Source: Solirubrobacterales bacterium (lineage in GTDB: Bacteria > Actinomycetota > Thermoleophilia > Solirubrobacterales > 70-9). Taken from it: DNA of 64,000 nucleotides. The stretch is from NCBI GenBank assembly GCA_036495785.1, contig DASXMH010000087.1, forward strand, positions 176 through 64,175. Direction: 5' to 3'. Shown piece by piece: positions 62,790 through 64,000 of the stretch (position 1 is its first letter; the number at the start of each line of letters is the position of its first letter). The notes under the pieces were generated by a model. It had not been told where the DNA came from, ran no database searches, and saw only the letters and a program-made list of their open reading frames with translations. The position numbers and the translations under genes are program-made.

Positions 62790-63815
62790 TCATTCGCAGC
62801 CGCTGCTTGCGCCGGTGATGCAGACCTTGCTCAGGTCGTCGTCCCAGACGTTGCCCCGCCAGATCCCGGTCCCTTGGTAGTAGTGGGTAGCGATGCCGTA
62901 GGAGCCGGAATTGGGGTAGTAACCGTGCGAGTCGAAGCCGCCCGAGCAGGGATGGTGGCCGCCGCTAGGTTCGTAGGCTTCGGTGGAGAGGCAGCGGGCA
63001 AAGTGGTTGCCCTGGACGTTCAGGGTGCTGGAGCCCGGCTGCGAGGAGTGGGCGCACGGGTAGAGCGAGTAGCCGCCCCCGGCCAGCAGGCTTTCCTGGA
63101 TCGTGAGCTGGTTCGAGCAGTTGGTGACGTCGGTGCCGCCGCCGGAGTTACCGAAGATCACCGCGGTCTGGTTGACCGGGTTGAAGAGCGTGTCGTGGAT
63201 CGCCGTGAAGGTGGTTTCGTTGAAGTAGACGTTCTCGATGTGGTCCGTCGATATTTCGATCTTGGCGACCCCGTAGGAATCCTTGAGCGTGGTCGGGCCG
63301 ACTGCGTAGATGTTGCCGTCGCAGGCGTGCAGGTAGGTCGCTTCGATCGTGACTTCGCCGCCGGTGTTGCGGATGTCCTGCTCGCAGGTGGCGCCCGCGG
63401 TGGTGGCGGTCTCGACGTGGGCGATCTTCACTCCGGTGACGCCGGGGGCGATCTTGATCGCGTAGTTGCCGCAGGTGCTGCTGGTGCCGCAGGTCGAGGT
63501 CTGGGTGACCCGCGTGTTTTCGATCGTGACGTCGCTGGCGCCGATTTCGATCGTGCCGGTCACGTCTTTGCCGGAGATGACGGTGCCCGCCTGGCGCACG
63601 GAGATCGAGCCGCTCGGGGTGAGGAGGACGCCGGCCTGGACTCCGGTGTTGGTCGGGTCGGGGAATTCGCAGACGTGGGGGGAGGCGAAGCAGTTCGAGC
63701 TCCTGGTCGGTTCGATCGGGGGCGGGCCGGGCGCTTCCGGTTCGGCCGGAGGCGGCGTCGACGTCGACGGCGTTTCGACGGGCGGGGCGGGCGCGGGGCC
63801 GGAGTCCTTGTGCAC
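62790..63815 (-). CDS. Cys-rich probable beta-helix protein, paralog B; reading frame open upstream to the window end
   Basis: It is collinear with paralog A. The first canonical start is GTG 63815, but no stop occurs in frame up to nt 63998, so the true start may lie outside the window. Confidence 0.5.
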   Translation of the reverse strand: MHKDSGPAPAPPVETPSTSTPPPAEPEAPGPPPIEPTRSSNCFASPHVCEFPDPTNTGVQAGVLLTPSGSISVRQAGTVISGKDVTGTIEIGASDVTIENTRVTQTSTCGTSSTCGNYAIKIAPGVTGVKIAHVETATTAGATCEQDIRNTGGEVTIEATYLHACDGNIYAVGPTTLKDSYGVAKIEISTDHIENVYFNETTFTAIHDTLFNPVNQTAVIFGNSGGGTDVTNCSNQLTIQESLLAGGGYSLYPCAHSSQPGSSTLNVQGNHFARCLSTEAYEPSGGHHPCSGGFDSHGYYPNSGSYGIATHYYQGTGIWRGNVWDDDLSKVCITGASSGCE

Positions 63816-64000
63816 GCCGCCGGTCGAGGCCTCGCCGCGGGAGGGCGGCTGCGTCGGAGCGGCGACCGCGTCATCGAGCTTCGGGGTGGCGGCTTCGGGG
63901 GCGCCGTTCGGGGCGCCACGGTGATGCCTACGGTGGTGGCGCTTGCGACGGTGGTGCCGGTGGTGGCGCCGGCGGTCGCTGCGGGACTGACCGGCGGCGA

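Overview
High-GC, Actinomycetota-like chromosomal segment; taxonomy is not determinable from this window alone. Most of it is ordinary core metabolism. This includes a TetR-led, translationally coupled beta-oxidation operon (thiolase, two-domain SDR, MaoC dehydratase, two acyl-CoA dehydrogenases, then an acyl-CoA synthetase). It also includes SucCD-like CoA ligase genes with a small ferredoxin-like gene, GTP-PEPCK, glutamine synthetase, LexA with its own SOS box, RNase P RNA, and a c-di-AMP (ydaO-type) riboswitch upstream of an RlpA-like gene. Three accessory regions stand out.
(1) A ~15 kb composite island (about 7.6-22.6 kb) lies at tRNA-Leu(GAG). It is bounded by a ~100 bp direct repeat of the tRNA 3' half plus flank, with a third 23-nt core copy inside and two different pairs of arm-type tandem repeats. 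It carries Phd/VapC and HicAB toxin-antitoxin loci, a TIR-like (Cap12/PycTIR-type) protein next to a HEPN-motif protein and a small HTH protein, XRE regulators (one with an in-frame TAG), and three unknown membrane/zinc-ribbon genes. It also carries a MobF relaxase, an excisionase-like HTH protein and a doubly frameshifted tyrosine integrase. The TIR-like/HEPN cassette is my best candidate for an undescribed defence system.
(2) A decayed region at 1-5 kb holds MOSC and VOC gene fragments, a 5'-truncated PQQ quinohaemoprotein dehydrogenase, and a four-unit tandem array of co-varying hairpins.
(3) A cell-surface region at 46.5-64 kb holds an ECF sigma factor, a ~1977-aa secreted protein (DMFase-beta-like domain, FN3 repeats and 4 DUF4082 modules), and an exopolysaccharide-type cluster with paralogous gene pairs.
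No CRISPR array, rRNA or intact IS element was seen. Many long antisense ORFs in the supplied track are high-GC artefacts. All domain calls come from reading motifs by eye; no database search was run.
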